From Bacteroidia bacterium (lineage in GTDB: Bacteria > Bacteroidota > Bacteroidia > SXHM01): a stretch of 64,000 nt of DNA. Shown piece by piece: positions 8,041 to 17,955 of the stretch. Numbering within the stretch: the first letter of the stretch is position 1; every line of letters begins with the position of its first letter. The position numbers and the translations under genes are program-made. Location of the stretch: the NCBI GenBank assembly GCA_050186075.1, contig JBFWYU010000013.1:6185-70184 (forward strand). Reading direction: 5' to 3'. The notes under the pieces are model-generated. The model searched no databases. It worked only from the letters and a program-made list of their open reading frames with translations, and had not been told where the DNA came from.

Positions 8041-10473
8041 ATGAAAAACATCAACTTCAAAAACCTGCTTCCGCATCTGATTGCTGTGGTTGCTTTTATT
8101 GTGGTAACGCTGGCATACCTGCATCCGCTGCTCGAAGGCAAAGTGGTTTATCAGGGTGATATTACCAACTTCACCGGCATGTCAAAAGAGTTGAAAGATT
8201 TTCGTGAGAAGACAGGTGAAGAAGCTTTGTGGACCAACTCTATGTTTGGCGGAATGCCCGCTTATCAGATTTCGGTTTTGTATCCTAATAATCTGGTGAA
8301 ATATGTGGGCAGTGCGTTGGAATTAGGTTTACCGCGCCCTGCCAATTATTTGTTTTTGCTGATGTTGGGTTTTTACTTTTTGCTCATTATGCTGAATGTA
8401 GATTGGCGTCTTGCCATTGCCGGTGCATTTGCATTTGCATTAGCTTCTTTTTCTGTGATAATTATCGAAGCAGGACACAATTCACAGGTTCATGCCATGG
8501 GCTATATGGCCCCTGTGGTTGGCTCTATTTTATTGGCTTATCGGGGAAGGATATTGTTGGGTGCGGCACTCACTGCCTTGTTTCTTGCCTTGCAGATTTC
8601 TACTAACCACTTACAGATTACGTATTATTTATTGCTCACAATTTTGTTGTTGGGCGCGGTGAAGCTGGTTTATGCAGTAATAGAGAAAACACTCCCCGCA
8701 TTTTTGAAAGCAACAGGTGTGTTGGTGATTGCGGCAGTAATTGCGCTTCTGCCTAACATCACCAACTTATGGGCTACTTATGAGTATGGTCAATACACCA
8801 TACGCGGAAAATCAGACTTGAGTTCTGAACTTGCAGCAGGCAAAGAAGGGCTTTCACAGAAATATGCAACCGATTGGAGTTACGGAGTTGGCGAAACGAT
8901 GACTTTATTAATCCCTAATTTTTACGGTGGTGCTTCAAATGGTGAACTCAGTACCAAATCAGAAACCTACAAAGTGTTAATTGATAGTAATTTTCCCAAA
9001 AGTCAGGCGGCAGGGATTATAAAAAATCTTCCGCTTTACTGGGGCGACCAGCCTTTTACATCAGGTCCGGTTTACCTTGGAGCAATAATTTGTTTTCTGT
9101 TTGTTCTTGGATTATTTACCATTAAAGGAAATGATAAATGGTGGTTGTTGGCTGCTGCTATTCTTTCTATCGTGCTTTCATGGGGTAAAAATTTTCCTGC
9201 TGCCACGGATTTTTTCTTCACGTACTTTCCCGGGTATAATAAGTTTAGAGCGGTTTCTATGACCTTGGTAATTGCGCAATTTGTTTTCCCTGTTATGGGT
9301 TTGCTTGCACTGAAAAATATTTTCTCAGGTGAAATTCCAGCTGCAGAACTGAAGAAGAAACTGATTTATTCACTTTCAATAGTTGGGGGTATTTGTCTCT
9401 TTTTTGTGCTGATGCCGGGAATGTTTTTTGATTTTATTTCTTCAGCAGATGAATCTCTTGAAAGGTCAAAAGTTGCAGGACTGGTAGATGCAATCCGTGA
9501 CGACCGCAAAGATTTATTAAGTAGTGATGCATTGCGCTCACTTGTTTTTATTCTGTTGTCGGGTGCAATTCTTTGGCTGTTTATGCTGAATAAACTGAAG
9601 AAGGAAATTGTAATGGCATTGTTTGCAGTTTTGGTGCTTGTTGACATGCTGCCCGTTGATTTGCGTTACCTGAACAAAAGCAATTTTGTAAACAAAAACA
9701 AAGCTGAAAAGCCTTTTACAGCAACAGAAGCCGATAAAATTATCTTAGAAGACAAAGACCCGAATTTCCGTGTTTTAAATCTTGCTGCAAATACATTTAA
9801 CGATGCCAGCACTTCGTATTTTCATAAATCTATTGGCGGTTATCACGGTGCTAAATTGAAACGTTTTCAGGAATTGATTGATCAGCACATAAGCAAGAAT
9901 AATATTAAAGTGCTGAATATGCTGAACACAAAATATGTGATTATGCCGGGCGAGGGAAACCGACCTGCGCTGCCTCAGCAAAATCCGGGTGCGCTTGGTA
10001 ATGCATGGTTTGTTTACGAAATCAACTGGGCTGCAAATCCTGACTCTGAAATTACAGCATTAGGAAAATTTGAACCAAAATTCACTGCGGTTATTGATAA
10101 GCAATTTGAGAAGGAGTTGAACGGCTATACTCCGCAAGCTGATTCGACAGCACAAATAAAACTGACGGATTACAAGCCCAATCACCTGACCTATCAATCA
10201 AAAGCTACTGCAGAGCAACTGGCTGTTTTCTCTGAGATTTATTACGACAAAGGATGGAATGCATACATAGATGGAAAGCTGACACCGCACTTCCGCGCCA
10301 ACTTTGTTTTGCGTGCTATGAGAGTGCCTGCAGGTGAGCACAAGGTTGAATTCAAGTTTGAACCTGCAACGTATTATACGGGAGAAAAAATTGCATTAGC
10401 AGGTTCAGTACTATTATTCCTTTTTGTTGGAGCAGCACTTTTTGTTTCACTGAAAGATGGTGAATCAAAATAG
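8041..10473 (+). CDS. YfhO-family polytopic membrane protein (putative GT-C-fold glycosyltransferase)
   Basis: The 810-aa protein has more than 10 predicted TM helices in the N-terminal 450 aa, a periplasmic C-terminal domain and a final TM helix. The N-terminal region resembles YfhO-family proteins. It is translationally coupled to the downstream GT gene by a 17-nt overlap. Confidence 0.55.
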   Translation: MKNINFKNLLPHLIAVVAFIVVTLAYLHPLLEGKVVYQGDITNFTGMSKELKDFREKTGEEALWTNSMFGGMPAYQISVLYPNNLVKYVGSALELGLPRPANYLFLLMLGFYFLLIMLNVDWRLAIAGAFAFALASFSVIIIEAGHNSQVHAMGYMAPVVGSILLAYRGRILLGAALTALFLALQISTNHLQITYYLLLTILLLGAVKLVYAVIEKTLPAFLKATGVLVIAAVIALLPNITNLWATYEYGQYTIRGKSDLSSELAAGKEGLSQKYATDWSYGVGETMTLLIPNFYGGASNGELSTKSETYKVLIDSNFPKSQAAGIIKNLPLYWGDQPFTSGPVYLGAIICFLFVLGLFTIKGNDKWWLLAAAILSIVLSWGKNFPAATDFFFTYFPGYNKFRAVSMTLVIAQFVFPVMGLLALKNIFSGEIPAAELKKKLIYSLSIVGGICLFFVLMPGMFFDFISSADESLERSKVAGLVDAIRDDRKDLLSSDALRSLVFILLSGAILWLFMLNKLKKEIVMALFAVLVLVDMLPVDLRYLNKSNFVNKNKAEKPFTATEADKIILEDKDPNFRVLNLAANTFNDASTSYFHKSIGGYHGAKLKRFQELIDQHISKNNIKVLNMLNTKYVIMPGEGNRPALPQQNPGALGNAWFVYEINWAANPDSEITALGKFEPKFTAVIDKQFEKELNGYTPQADSTAQIKLTDYKPNHLTYQSKATAEQLAVFSEIYYDKGWNAYIDGKLTPHFRANFVLRAMRVPAGEHKVEFKFEPATYYTGEKIALAGSVLLFLFVGAALFVSLKDGESK

Positions 10474-11767
10474 GAAAACAGTTTTAATAATTACCTACTA
10501 CTGGCCGCCCAGCGGTGGTGCAGGTGTTCAGCGTTGGTTGAAAACGGTGAAGTACTTAAGGGAATATGGATGGGAGCCGGTTGTTTACACGCCCGAAAAT
10601 CCTGAAGCACCTGCAACTGATAATTCCTTATTGAAAGATATTCCGGATGGAGTAAAAGTGTTGAAGCAGCCCATCTGGGAGCCGTATTCTTTTTACAAGA
10701 AATTTCTGGGACTGAAAAAAGATGAAAAAATAAACGCAGGTTTTCTTACCGAAAAAAAGAAACCCGGATTGGCAGAAAAAATTGCTGTGTGGATTCGCGG
10801 CAATCTGTTTATTCCCGATGCACGGAAATACTGGGTAAATCCTTCTGTGGAATACTTAGCAAAATACCTGCGCTCGCATCCGGTGGATGCGGTTGTTTCA
10901 ACCGGCCCGCCACATAGTATGCATTTGATTGCACTGGGCTTGAAACAGAAAACAGGTATTCCCTGGATGGCTGATTTTCGCGACCCCTGGACGAACATTG
11001 ATTTTTACGATAAGCTGATGCTGACTAAAGGCGCAGACCGCAAACACCGCGAGTTGGAAAAAACGGTTTTGCAAAATGCAGACATTGTTACTTCCATTGG
11101 CAAACAAATGGCGGATGAGTTTATTGCTTTGGGTGCAAAGCGGGTTGAAGTTGTTGCCAATGGTTTTGATGAAACTGATTTTGCTTTTCTAAATATTGAG
11201 TTAGACAAAATGTTTTCCATCAGCCATATTGGCTCCATTAATAAAGACCGCAACAGCGAAACATTCTGGAGTGCAGTAAAAGAGTTGTGTGATGAGCTTC
11301 CCGGTTTCAAACAAAAGTTGCAACTGAAATTAGTTGGTAAAACCGATTATGCCGTATTGGAGAGCCTTGAGAAATACAACTTGCAACAGTACCTTGAAAA
11401 AACAGAATACCTGCCGCATGATGAAGTGCTGAAAAAATCCATGTCAACACAGGTGTTGTTATTGTTGCTGAATAATACGCCCAATGCAAAGGGAATTATG
11501 ACGGGCAAGTTTTACGAATACCTTGCTGCTAAACGTCCTATAATTTGCATTGGTCCGCAGGATGGCGAAGCTGCAAAAACGCTGGAAGAAACTGCTGCGG
11601 GTAAGGTGGCAGGGTTTGACGATAAGCAGCGCATGAAAGCAATTCTGAAAGACTATTTTGAAAAGTATCAGCAGCACACTTTAAAAGTGGAGAGTGCTGC
11701 TATTGATAATTATTCGCGCAGGAAACTGACAGGCAGGTTTGCGGAGTTGCTGGATCAAATCTCTTAG
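10457..11767 (+). CDS. Glycosyltransferase (GT4-like / group 1)
   Basis: The N-terminus (VLIITYYWPPSGGAGVQRW) is typical of GT-B donor-binding glycosyltransferases. Confidence 0.6.
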   Translation: MVNQNRKTVLIITYYWPPSGGAGVQRWLKTVKYLREYGWEPVVYTPENPEAPATDNSLLKDIPDGVKVLKQPIWEPYSFYKKFLGLKKDEKINAGFLTEKKKPGLAEKIAVWIRGNLFIPDARKYWVNPSVEYLAKYLRSHPVDAVVSTGPPHSMHLIALGLKQKTGIPWMADFRDPWTNIDFYDKLMLTKGADRKHRELEKTVLQNADIVTSIGKQMADEFIALGAKRVEVVANGFDETDFAFLNIELDKMFSISHIGSINKDRNSETFWSAVKELCDELPGFKQKLQLKLVGKTDYAVLESLEKYNLQQYLEKTEYLPHDEVLKKSMSTQVLLLLLNNTPNAKGIMTGKFYEYLAAKRPIICIGPQDGEAAKTLEETAAGKVAGFDDKQRMKAILKDYFEKYQQHTLKVESAAIDNYSRRKLTGRFAELLDQIS

Positions 11768-11772
11768 ATGTT

Positions 11773-11840
11773 CGACCCCTTCGGGGTCGCAGATTTATAG
11801 AAACACACATCGCTATAAGCATACGACCCCTTCGGGGTCG
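11773..11840. terminator. Two identical hairpins (cgacccc-ttcg-ggggtcg) spaced ~50 nt apart between convergent genes; a bidirectional terminator pair
   Basis: Each is a perfect 7-bp GC stem with a ttcg loop. They lie between the 3' ends of the + strand GT gene and the - strand GT gene. Confidence 0.7.
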
Positions 11841-11851
11841 AAGACATAATC

Positions 11852-12937
11852 CTATCGATTTATAACACCTTCCAATTTCTTTTCCCGTTTTTCCTCAGGA
11901 AAATTTTCAACAATCCGTTGGCGCGCTTTTTTTGACAGTGTTATTTTATCAGATTTTACGGCTTCATCTACTAAGTTTTTGAGCAGTGCAACATCTTTCT
12001 TTTTTAAAATAAATCCCGTATCACCAATAATATCAGGTATTCCAAATACATCGGAGCCAATGGGTATGCACTCACACAGCATGGCTTCGCACAATGCATT
12101 CGGAAAACCTTCGGCAATGGAAAGCTGAAAATAAAACTCATGCTGACTGTAATAATTAATCAGTTCAGTGTGGGGAACAGGTGGAAGCAGTGTTATGTTT
12201 TTGCTTAGTTGCAAATGGTTGAGTTCGTCTTTCACGCCCAGCAATGTGAAGTTGTAATCGGGACAAAGTTTTGCCAACTCAATAATCAAATCAATTCCCT
12301 TGCGATAGAATGTAGAGCCTTTGGCATTCACGGCAACGGTTAGAAAAGAGTTCTTTTTTTTCTCCGGTTGATTATTAAAAAATGCCTTACTATCATACCC
12401 GTAATTAATTTCTGTAAACGGTGTTTCCACATTTTTGCAAAAGGCTTTGTAGCCCTGTTGCAGAAAATCAGAATCTGAATAGGTGTAATTACTTAACACC
12501 ATGCTTTTATGCACGGGCATTACATGTGTTGCGTTTTTAATACTAAAGCAGGTGGCTGCCGACATCAACTTTTTATTGTGATTGCCATAGTTGATACTAG
12601 GAAACGAATAGCACTCGGTACCGCACAAAATAAGGTAGCAGGGTTTGCCAAGCAGTTTGCCAAACAAGGTTGGCAATACGGTGTGATAATCTGCAAACTC
12701 ACACACAATGGCTTTGCTGCTCCATACGTGAACCAGCAGAAAAGTCAGCTCTTTCAGCAGTTCAAGAGGGGTTAAAAATTTCTTTTTAGGATTAAATGAA
12801 AACGAGTGTACTTCAGAATTCCGCGCAAGCAACTCGCGGTCTTTTAATACAAAAGAGGAGGGGGTTTTGTAGATGAAGAGTAGTTTCGGTTTTCCCATTT
12901 TCAGAAGCGAAAAGTAGGGAAAATTGTGTCCCGTCAT
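11852..12937 (-). CDS. Glycosyltransferase family 4
   Basis: The C-terminal motif EGFPNALCEAMLCECIPIGSDVFGIPDI matches the GT4 E-x7-E-like signature. Confidence 0.7.
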   Translation of the reverse strand: MTGHNFPYFSLLKMGKPKLLFIYKTPSSFVLKDRELLARNSEVHSFSFNPKKKFLTPLELLKELTFLLVHVWSSKAIVCEFADYHTVLPTLFGKLLGKPCYLILCGTECYSFPSINYGNHNKKLMSAATCFSIKNATHVMPVHKSMVLSNYTYSDSDFLQQGYKAFCKNVETPFTEINYGYDSKAFFNNQPEKKKNSFLTVAVNAKGSTFYRKGIDLIIELAKLCPDYNFTLLGVKDELNHLQLSKNITLLPPVPHTELINYYSQHEFYFQLSIAEGFPNALCEAMLCECIPIGSDVFGIPDIIGDTGFILKKKDVALLKNLVDEAVKSDKITLSKKARQRIVENFPEEKREKKLEGVINR

Positions 12938-13025
12938 TGCGAGGGTTTTTCACCCGAAGCAATCTCCTGATAAAATAAGCAGTACTCAATTATGAGATTG
13001 CTTCGCTTCGCTCGCAATGACGTTT
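12938..13025. repeat. Copy 1 of a ~90-bp nested-palindrome element: outer arms cgtcattgcgag/ctcgcaatgacg, inner arms gaagcaatctc/gagattgcttc
   Basis: Both pairs of arms are exact reverse complements, and the same architecture recurs at 42137-42242. It fills the entire intergenic space between two minus-strand genes. Confidence 0.75.
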
Positions 13026-15293
13026 CTATCTCAGCACTGTAATATGTCCTGCTTTGCGCAAGCGTTCGCCTTTGCAGTCTTTAAAGGTGGCCACAAAATA
13101 ATACACGCCCTCTTCTACATCGCGCCCTTTGTAGGTTCCGTCCCAATTATTGGTAGGATCAAAGCTTTGGAAAATAATATTTCCCCAACGGTTGTAAACG
13201 GTAAAGTCATATTCATTGGCGGGTGCATTCAGCAGAACAAATTCCTCATTTGTTTTATCTGAGTTGGGCGTAAAACAATTCGGGAAAAACACATGATTTG
13301 ATGAATCACTTTGAAAGGTAACAACAATACTATCGATACCAGTGCCGCAGCCATTTGCAACCTGCAGCCAGTATATTCCGCTGCCTTCAACGTTTATGGA
13401 TTGAGTGGTTTCACCGTTCGACCACAGGTAATCACCATTAAATACATTCGGAATTTTAAGGTTGTGCGAAATGTCTGAGCATACTATTGTATCGTTGCCC
13501 AGCGAAAATACAGGTGCTTCACCGGCTGTAATGGTAATGGTATCGTTTGCATCGCAGTCTGCGGTGGTTGATTGTACCCAGTAATCACCTGGCGCATTGA
13601 TATCAACAGCAGCAGTGGTTTCGCCTGTTGACCATAAATAGCTGTCGGCATTGGCGGTGGCGGTGAGTGCTAACTCATCACCCGGACAAATGGTGTTTTC
13701 GGGTGCTGTAATGGCTACCGAACCTGAGCCTATGGTTAAGATAATTGTGTCGTGTCCAAGGCAGCCGTTATTGTCAGTTACGGTAAGTGTGTAGGTTGTT
13801 GTGGCAACAGGTGTGGCTTCGGGATTGGCAAGTGCTGCATTATTCAAATCAGCAGCGGGCAGCCATGCGTAAGTATAGGGCGGTGTTCCGCCAATGGCAA
13901 CAGGCGTTTCGCCTAAAATAAATCCGGTGGTAGTGCAAAGAGCAGTGTCGTTACCGGCAAAGGCGGTGATGGTGCTGAGTGGAGTTGTACTTTCATTAAT
14001 CACCAGTCCGTTCAAACTTAATCCGTCATTACCATCAGTGGCACCATGTGAGGTGTTAAAACAAGTTGAACCGCTAGTTATGCGAAGTCCGCTCAATCCA
14101 CCCGATACTATTGAAGTAACATTTCCGGGAGGTGGATTACTAAACCATGCTACTCCTCCGGAACCACCGCCACCAGGTCCCCAGCAATCAGGATTAGGGT
14201 GGTCAATGCTGCCTCCTTCACCTCCTATAGCGCGCACAGTTATAGCGTTTGTGAAATTCTGAACATCTAATAATACAGTGCCACCTGCACCACCGCCACC
14301 TGCTGCATCCCAACCCGAAAGTGGAGCATCAGGACCGCTGGAGATAATTTCATTTCCATTGTTGATAATGGTGTTAGCCTGAATAATTATTATTCCTCCT
14401 CCGTTCGTTCCCATCATACCCTCATCATTATTTTGCTGACCACCACCACCACCACCACCAAGAAAAATTTTCTGTGTTGCATTTCCGTAAGTTAACAACT
14501 TACCACCTTCGCCCCTCGTGCCGGTATTCATGTTGTTGGAACAAAATGCACCGTCATATTCATAGCCGCCAAAGCCACCTGCTGAAGCATTTCCGCCACC
14601 ACCACCGCCTCCGTTGTGCGAATTTCCGCCACCGCCACCATTTGCCTGTGCTCCACGGCCTGTTTCTTTTCCTGTAATTGTTTCACAAATACCTTCGCCT
14701 TTTTCAGCGCCTTCACCATTACCTAAGGGATAGAAATAATCAGTGAAATGGCAGGGACCGTGTGCAATAGAAAAATTGCCGCCTCTGAATCCTTTACCGC
14801 TAATGTCAATGTCTGCATTCATGGTAACTGTTCCTGATGCAATGAAAATCAGTACGCCACCAACAGTGCCGTTCCAGTCAGCTCCGGTAAGTGTTGCTGT
14901 AATCGTTACGTTAGTGTATTCGGGTATGGTAATTAGTTGAACCTTTCCGCTCAGGTCGTATTGATTCAGTAGCTGAAATTCGTAGTCAATAGTATTACCC
15001 GTAATTCCTGTGATGTGGATGATTTCATAATTGCCCGAATTATTGTAATCGGTTATAGTTCCGAATGCGGCTGTATTGCTTTCATCAATATCAGCACCTT
15101 TCATTTGAATAATAAGGGCTTTGCTGCCCACTGTAAAGCCTGTTGAATTTTGAACGGTTATGCTGTTGCAACCAGTAAAACCAGTAACCGGTGTGTAGGT
15201 ATTAATTACGCCCGATATATTAGTTTGAGCACTTCCGAAAAAGGGAATAATTACAAGGAGAATAGCTATATAAAACAGCGCGGATTTTCTCAT
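13026..15293 (-). CDS. Secreted glycine-rich protein with a T9SS type-B C-terminal sorting domain
   Basis: It has a signal peptide (LLVIIPFFGSAQ) and long GGGGG(N/S/A) runs alternating with I.N.G.I hydrophobic beats, which look beta-helix-like. PKD-like segments follow, and the C-terminus (FFPNCFTPNSDKTNEEF...YNRWGNIIFQ...NWDGTYKG...GVYYF) matches the type-B CTD. Confidence 0.8.
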   Translation of the reverse strand: MRKSALFYIAILLVIIPFFGSAQTNISGVINTYTPVTGFTGCNSITVQNSTGFTVGSKALIIQMKGADIDESNTAAFGTITDYNNSGNYEIIHITGITGNTIDYEFQLLNQYDLSGKVQLITIPEYTNVTITATLTGADWNGTVGGVLIFIASGTVTMNADIDISGKGFRGGNFSIAHGPCHFTDYFYPLGNGEGAEKGEGICETITGKETGRGAQANGGGGGNSHNGGGGGGGNASAGGFGGYEYDGAFCSNNMNTGTRGEGGKLLTYGNATQKIFLGGGGGGGQQNNDEGMMGTNGGGIIIIQANTIINNGNEIISSGPDAPLSGWDAAGGGGAGGTVLLDVQNFTNAITVRAIGGEGGSIDHPNPDCWGPGGGGSGGVAWFSNPPPGNVTSIVSGGLSGLRITSGSTCFNTSHGATDGNDGLSLNGLVINESTTPLSTITAFAGNDTALCTTTGFILGETPVAIGGTPPYTYAWLPAADLNNAALANPEATPVATTTYTLTVTDNNGCLGHDTIILTIGSGSVAITAPENTICPGDELALTATANADSYLWSTGETTAAVDINAPGDYWVQSTTADCDANDTITITAGEAPVFSLGNDTIVCSDISHNLKIPNVFNGDYLWSNGETTQSINVEGSGIYWLQVANGCGTGIDSIVVTFQSDSSNHVFFPNCFTPNSDKTNEEFVLLNAPANEYDFTVYNRWGNIIFQSFDPTNNWDGTYKGRDVEEGVYYFVATFKDCKGERLRKAGHITVLR

Positions 15294-15359
15294 ACTATTA
15301 TACTTTGTGAAATCAAATGTAATTAATTTATCACAATGTATAACCGCAATCGTGTTTTC

Positions 15360-16121
15360 TCAGGCAGTTTTTATTAATAACCGTCCTGCTTTATCAATCC
15401 TGTTCAGCATAAGTTTAATGTTGTTTTCTCTGAAATACTGGTCGCAAGCTTCGCGCGAACCTTTCCAGAAACCATAATCATCGATGATTAATATACCACC
15501 CTTAACAAGGCGCGGATACAGGTGTTTTAACTCATGATAAGTTGATTCATACCAATCGGTATCTAAACGAAGCAAGGCAATTTTTTCGGGTACAGTCCCT
15601 GGGATTGTATCTTCAACTTTGCCTTTGATATAGCTGATTTTATTAGCCGGATAAGAGGTAGAATTCAGGTTTTTTTTAACTTCATCAAGTGATGAATAGC
15701 ACCATTCGTTATGATCGCTGCGTTGGCTGTCTTTCCATTCCGGTTCACTTGATTCACCGCGATAATTAACATCTTTTTCTGTTGGTGCGCTCATGCCTTC
15801 ATAGGTGTCATACAACCACATTTCGCGTGATGTATCATTAAATTCTTTGAGTGAGAGTGCTGCCATCATGGAGCTGCCGCCTTTCCAAACACCGCATTCA
15901 ACAATTGCTCCTTCTACATTATTTCCGTTTAAATAGCGCACGCTGTTATAAATGCTGTAAAGCCTTTCAGTAGAAGTCATGGTATACTCAGTGCATTTTT
16001 CATGCAGTGCATAAAACTCTTTTTCCAAATCAGGTGGATTGTCAAATGTTTTTTTTGCAATAACCTTAATACCTAAATTTTCAAATCCTTTTTTTATTGC
16101 ATTAATAGCTTGTGTTTTCAT
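15360..16121 (-). CDS. SAM-dependent O-methyltransferase of the TylF/MycF (macrocin O-methyltransferase) family
   Basis: The VECGVWKGGS and LRLDTDWYESTYHELKHLYPRLVKGGILIIDDYGFW segments resemble the TylF family. Confidence 0.6.
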   Translation of the reverse strand: MKTQAINAIKKGFENLGIKVIAKKTFDNPPDLEKEFYALHEKCTEYTMTSTERLYSIYNSVRYLNGNNVEGAIVECGVWKGGSSMMAALSLKEFNDTSREMWLYDTYEGMSAPTEKDVNYRGESSEPEWKDSQRSDHNEWCYSSLDEVKKNLNSTSYPANKISYIKGKVEDTIPGTVPEKIALLRLDTDWYESTYHELKHLYPRLVKGGILIIDDYGFWKGSREACDQYFRENNIKLMLNRIDKAGRLLIKTA

Positions 16122-16516
16122 GGCTCCTTAGTTTTTTAACGGTTTCAAAAGTAAAGTAATTTACAAAAGCCCACCCCTTACTTTTAATCAATTTCAGTTT
16201 GCAGGTCAATAAAAATCAAAAAATGCAGTTCTTATATTTATAAGTAATCCGTTATAATTTAATAGCCGGGAGCCAACATTTTTTAGCTTAAAAAAACAAA
16301 GCTTAGTGATTATAAAAGCAGACCGGTTGCTTAACTATTGCGTTTTACGATGCAAAACAGTCAACTTATTGATTAGCAATTATAACAGACGGCTTAAAAA
16401 ACAGGAACGATAGCTTAGAAGACCCTTCCGCCTTGTAAAAAAATAGAGCGTACAGCTTATAAAAGTTAACCCCCGATAAAATAAAAATGTAAAGAAAAAG
16501 CGAGGTGATTGTCTGC

Positions 16517-16909
16517 TTATTTAAGCAGCAATTTTAACTCAGTGAGGCTGTAGCCACCTGCATCTTTTTTCCATTTGGCAATAATGCCCTGCAAAAACTG
16601 GTTGCTGAATTTGAAAAGTTTTTCGCCCTTGGCAGTTAATCTAAAAACAATGGCGCGCTTATCCTCCTTGTCTTTAAAGCGTTTGAGGTAGCCCGCATTT
16701 TCCATGTCATACACCAGTGCGCTCATGCTTTGCTTGGTAATTCCGGCCATTTGTGCCAGTTCGGTAATGCGCGAGCCCTCTTGTTTCAGGCATTGAAAAA
16801 CCTGCGCATGGGGCGGTTTCAGGTCGGTATAGCCCTTTACGGCCAGTTCCTCAAAAAGAAGAGCGGTTAAAAGCCTTGCCGGCTCGCTGAATAAAGAAGT
16901 AACCACCAT
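16517..16909 (-). CDS. MarR-family transcriptional regulator
   Basis: A winged-HTH core (ITELAQMAGITKQSMSALVYDMENAGYLKRFKDKEDKRAIVFRLTAKG) and a length of 130 aa fit the family. Confidence 0.85.
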   Translation of the reverse strand: MVVTSLFSEPARLLTALLFEELAVKGYTDLKPPHAQVFQCLKQEGSRITELAQMAGITKQSMSALVYDMENAGYLKRFKDKEDKRAIVFRLTAKGEKLFKFSNQFLQGIIAKWKKDAGGYSLTELKLLLK

Positions 16910-16931
16910 ACCGAAAAAATATTTGCAAGAT

Positions 16932-16972
16932 TAGTCAGTAATACTTACTATTGTAGTCAGTTTAACTGACTA
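16932..16972. promoter_or_regulatory. Candidate MarR operator: perfect 19-bp palindrome tagtcagtt-t-aactgacta plus an upstream tagtcagt half-site, in the divergent MarR/unknown-gene intergenic region
   Basis: It is an exact dyad. MarR-family proteins bind such dyads that overlap their own divergent promoters. Confidence 0.55.
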
Positions 16973-17003
16973 AATATTTTTTAACCTCAAAAACAAACAC
17001 AGT

Positions 17004-17948
17004 ATGAAACCGGTAAAACGCAAATACAAAATGGCAGATGCCAAGCTGATACAATTAGCAGACGACCTGCTTGGCAGCGCAGCCCGCGATGCAGCAGAAC
17101 TTGCTAACTACGGAGTTGATACCGCTTATACAGATGCAATAGAAGTTCTGCGCGATGATTTTAGCAATACACCTACCGATAACGAACTGATGGGCGAAAT
17201 GATGGATGCTACCGATGCCCGCAATAATAAAGCAACACAGGTACGCAATGCCATAGGCCCCATTGCTACACGTTTCAGAGTAAAATATGGCGAAACAAGC
17301 GGCAAATACCGAGGGCTAAGTATTGACTTGCTTAGTCAGCAAGATACAGCGGAGTTAGTGCGCACCGGAAGAGCCGTAGTGCGCATGGCCACCCAAAACT
17401 TAGCCGAGGTAGGCCAAGGGCTTACCATGGTTGAAATTGATGCGCTTACCTTGCTGGTAGGTGAGTTAGATATATTGGTGGATGAGCAGCGTACAGCCGT
17501 AAAAGACCGTGATATTGCAGTAGACGACCGCATTAAAAAAGGAAATAGTTTGTACGAAGCAATTGTAAAATTGGCTGAATACGGTAAATCAGCATGGCTG
17601 AATGTGAACGAAAGCAAATACAACGATTATGTAATTACAGAAACGTATAACAAACCTGCGCAGGTGCTGGAAGGTGAAATAGCCATGGGAATGATTGTAA
17701 ACCTTTCGGTAGCCGAAGTTCAGGCAGTAACAACAATAAGCGCAGAAGCCAGCGGCAACGATATGCAGATTTATTTCAGTGTTAATCCAACTGATATGCC
17801 CAATGGTTTTCAGCAAACCATTGCTAACGGAACAACAGGCGAGTTGGTGGCAGGAGCCATTGGTTTTGCAGAAGGTACACGCGAGCGTTTAATGCTCTAT
17901 AACCCCGGTCCTAATCCGGTTACTTATAAAATAGTGGTAGAAGCGTAG
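17004..17948 (+). CDS. Hypothetical cytoplasmic protein of unknown function, divergent from the MarR gene
   Basis: The 314-aa ORF has no signal peptide or TM segment. The N-terminal half is predicted alpha-helical and the C-terminal half beta-rich. I do not recognise the family. Confidence 0.5.
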   Translation: MKPVKRKYKMADAKLIQLADDLLGSAARDAAELANYGVDTAYTDAIEVLRDDFSNTPTDNELMGEMMDATDARNNKATQVRNAIGPIATRFRVKYGETSGKYRGLSIDLLSQQDTAELVRTGRAVVRMATQNLAEVGQGLTMVEIDALTLLVGELDILVDEQRTAVKDRDIAVDDRIKKGNSLYEAIVKLAEYGKSAWLNVNESKYNDYVITETYNKPAQVLEGEIAMGMIVNLSVAEVQAVTTISAEASGNDMQIYFSVNPTDMPNGFQQTIANGTTGELVAGAIGFAEGTRERLMLYNPGPNPVTYKIVVEA

Positions 17949-17955
17949 AGAAAAA

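Noticed and set aside
12509-13262. 88-aa and 81-aa plus-strand ORFs overlapping the GT4 and T9SS genes
   Set aside because: They are antisense to well-supported genes and have no signals of their own.
13894-14940. His/Pro/Arg-rich and other small ORFs antisense to the Gly-rich T9SS gene (13894..14262, 14474..14677, 14528..14719, 14743..14940)
   Set aside because: They are complement-strand translations of GGN-rich coding sequence and lie inside a strongly supported 755-aa gene.
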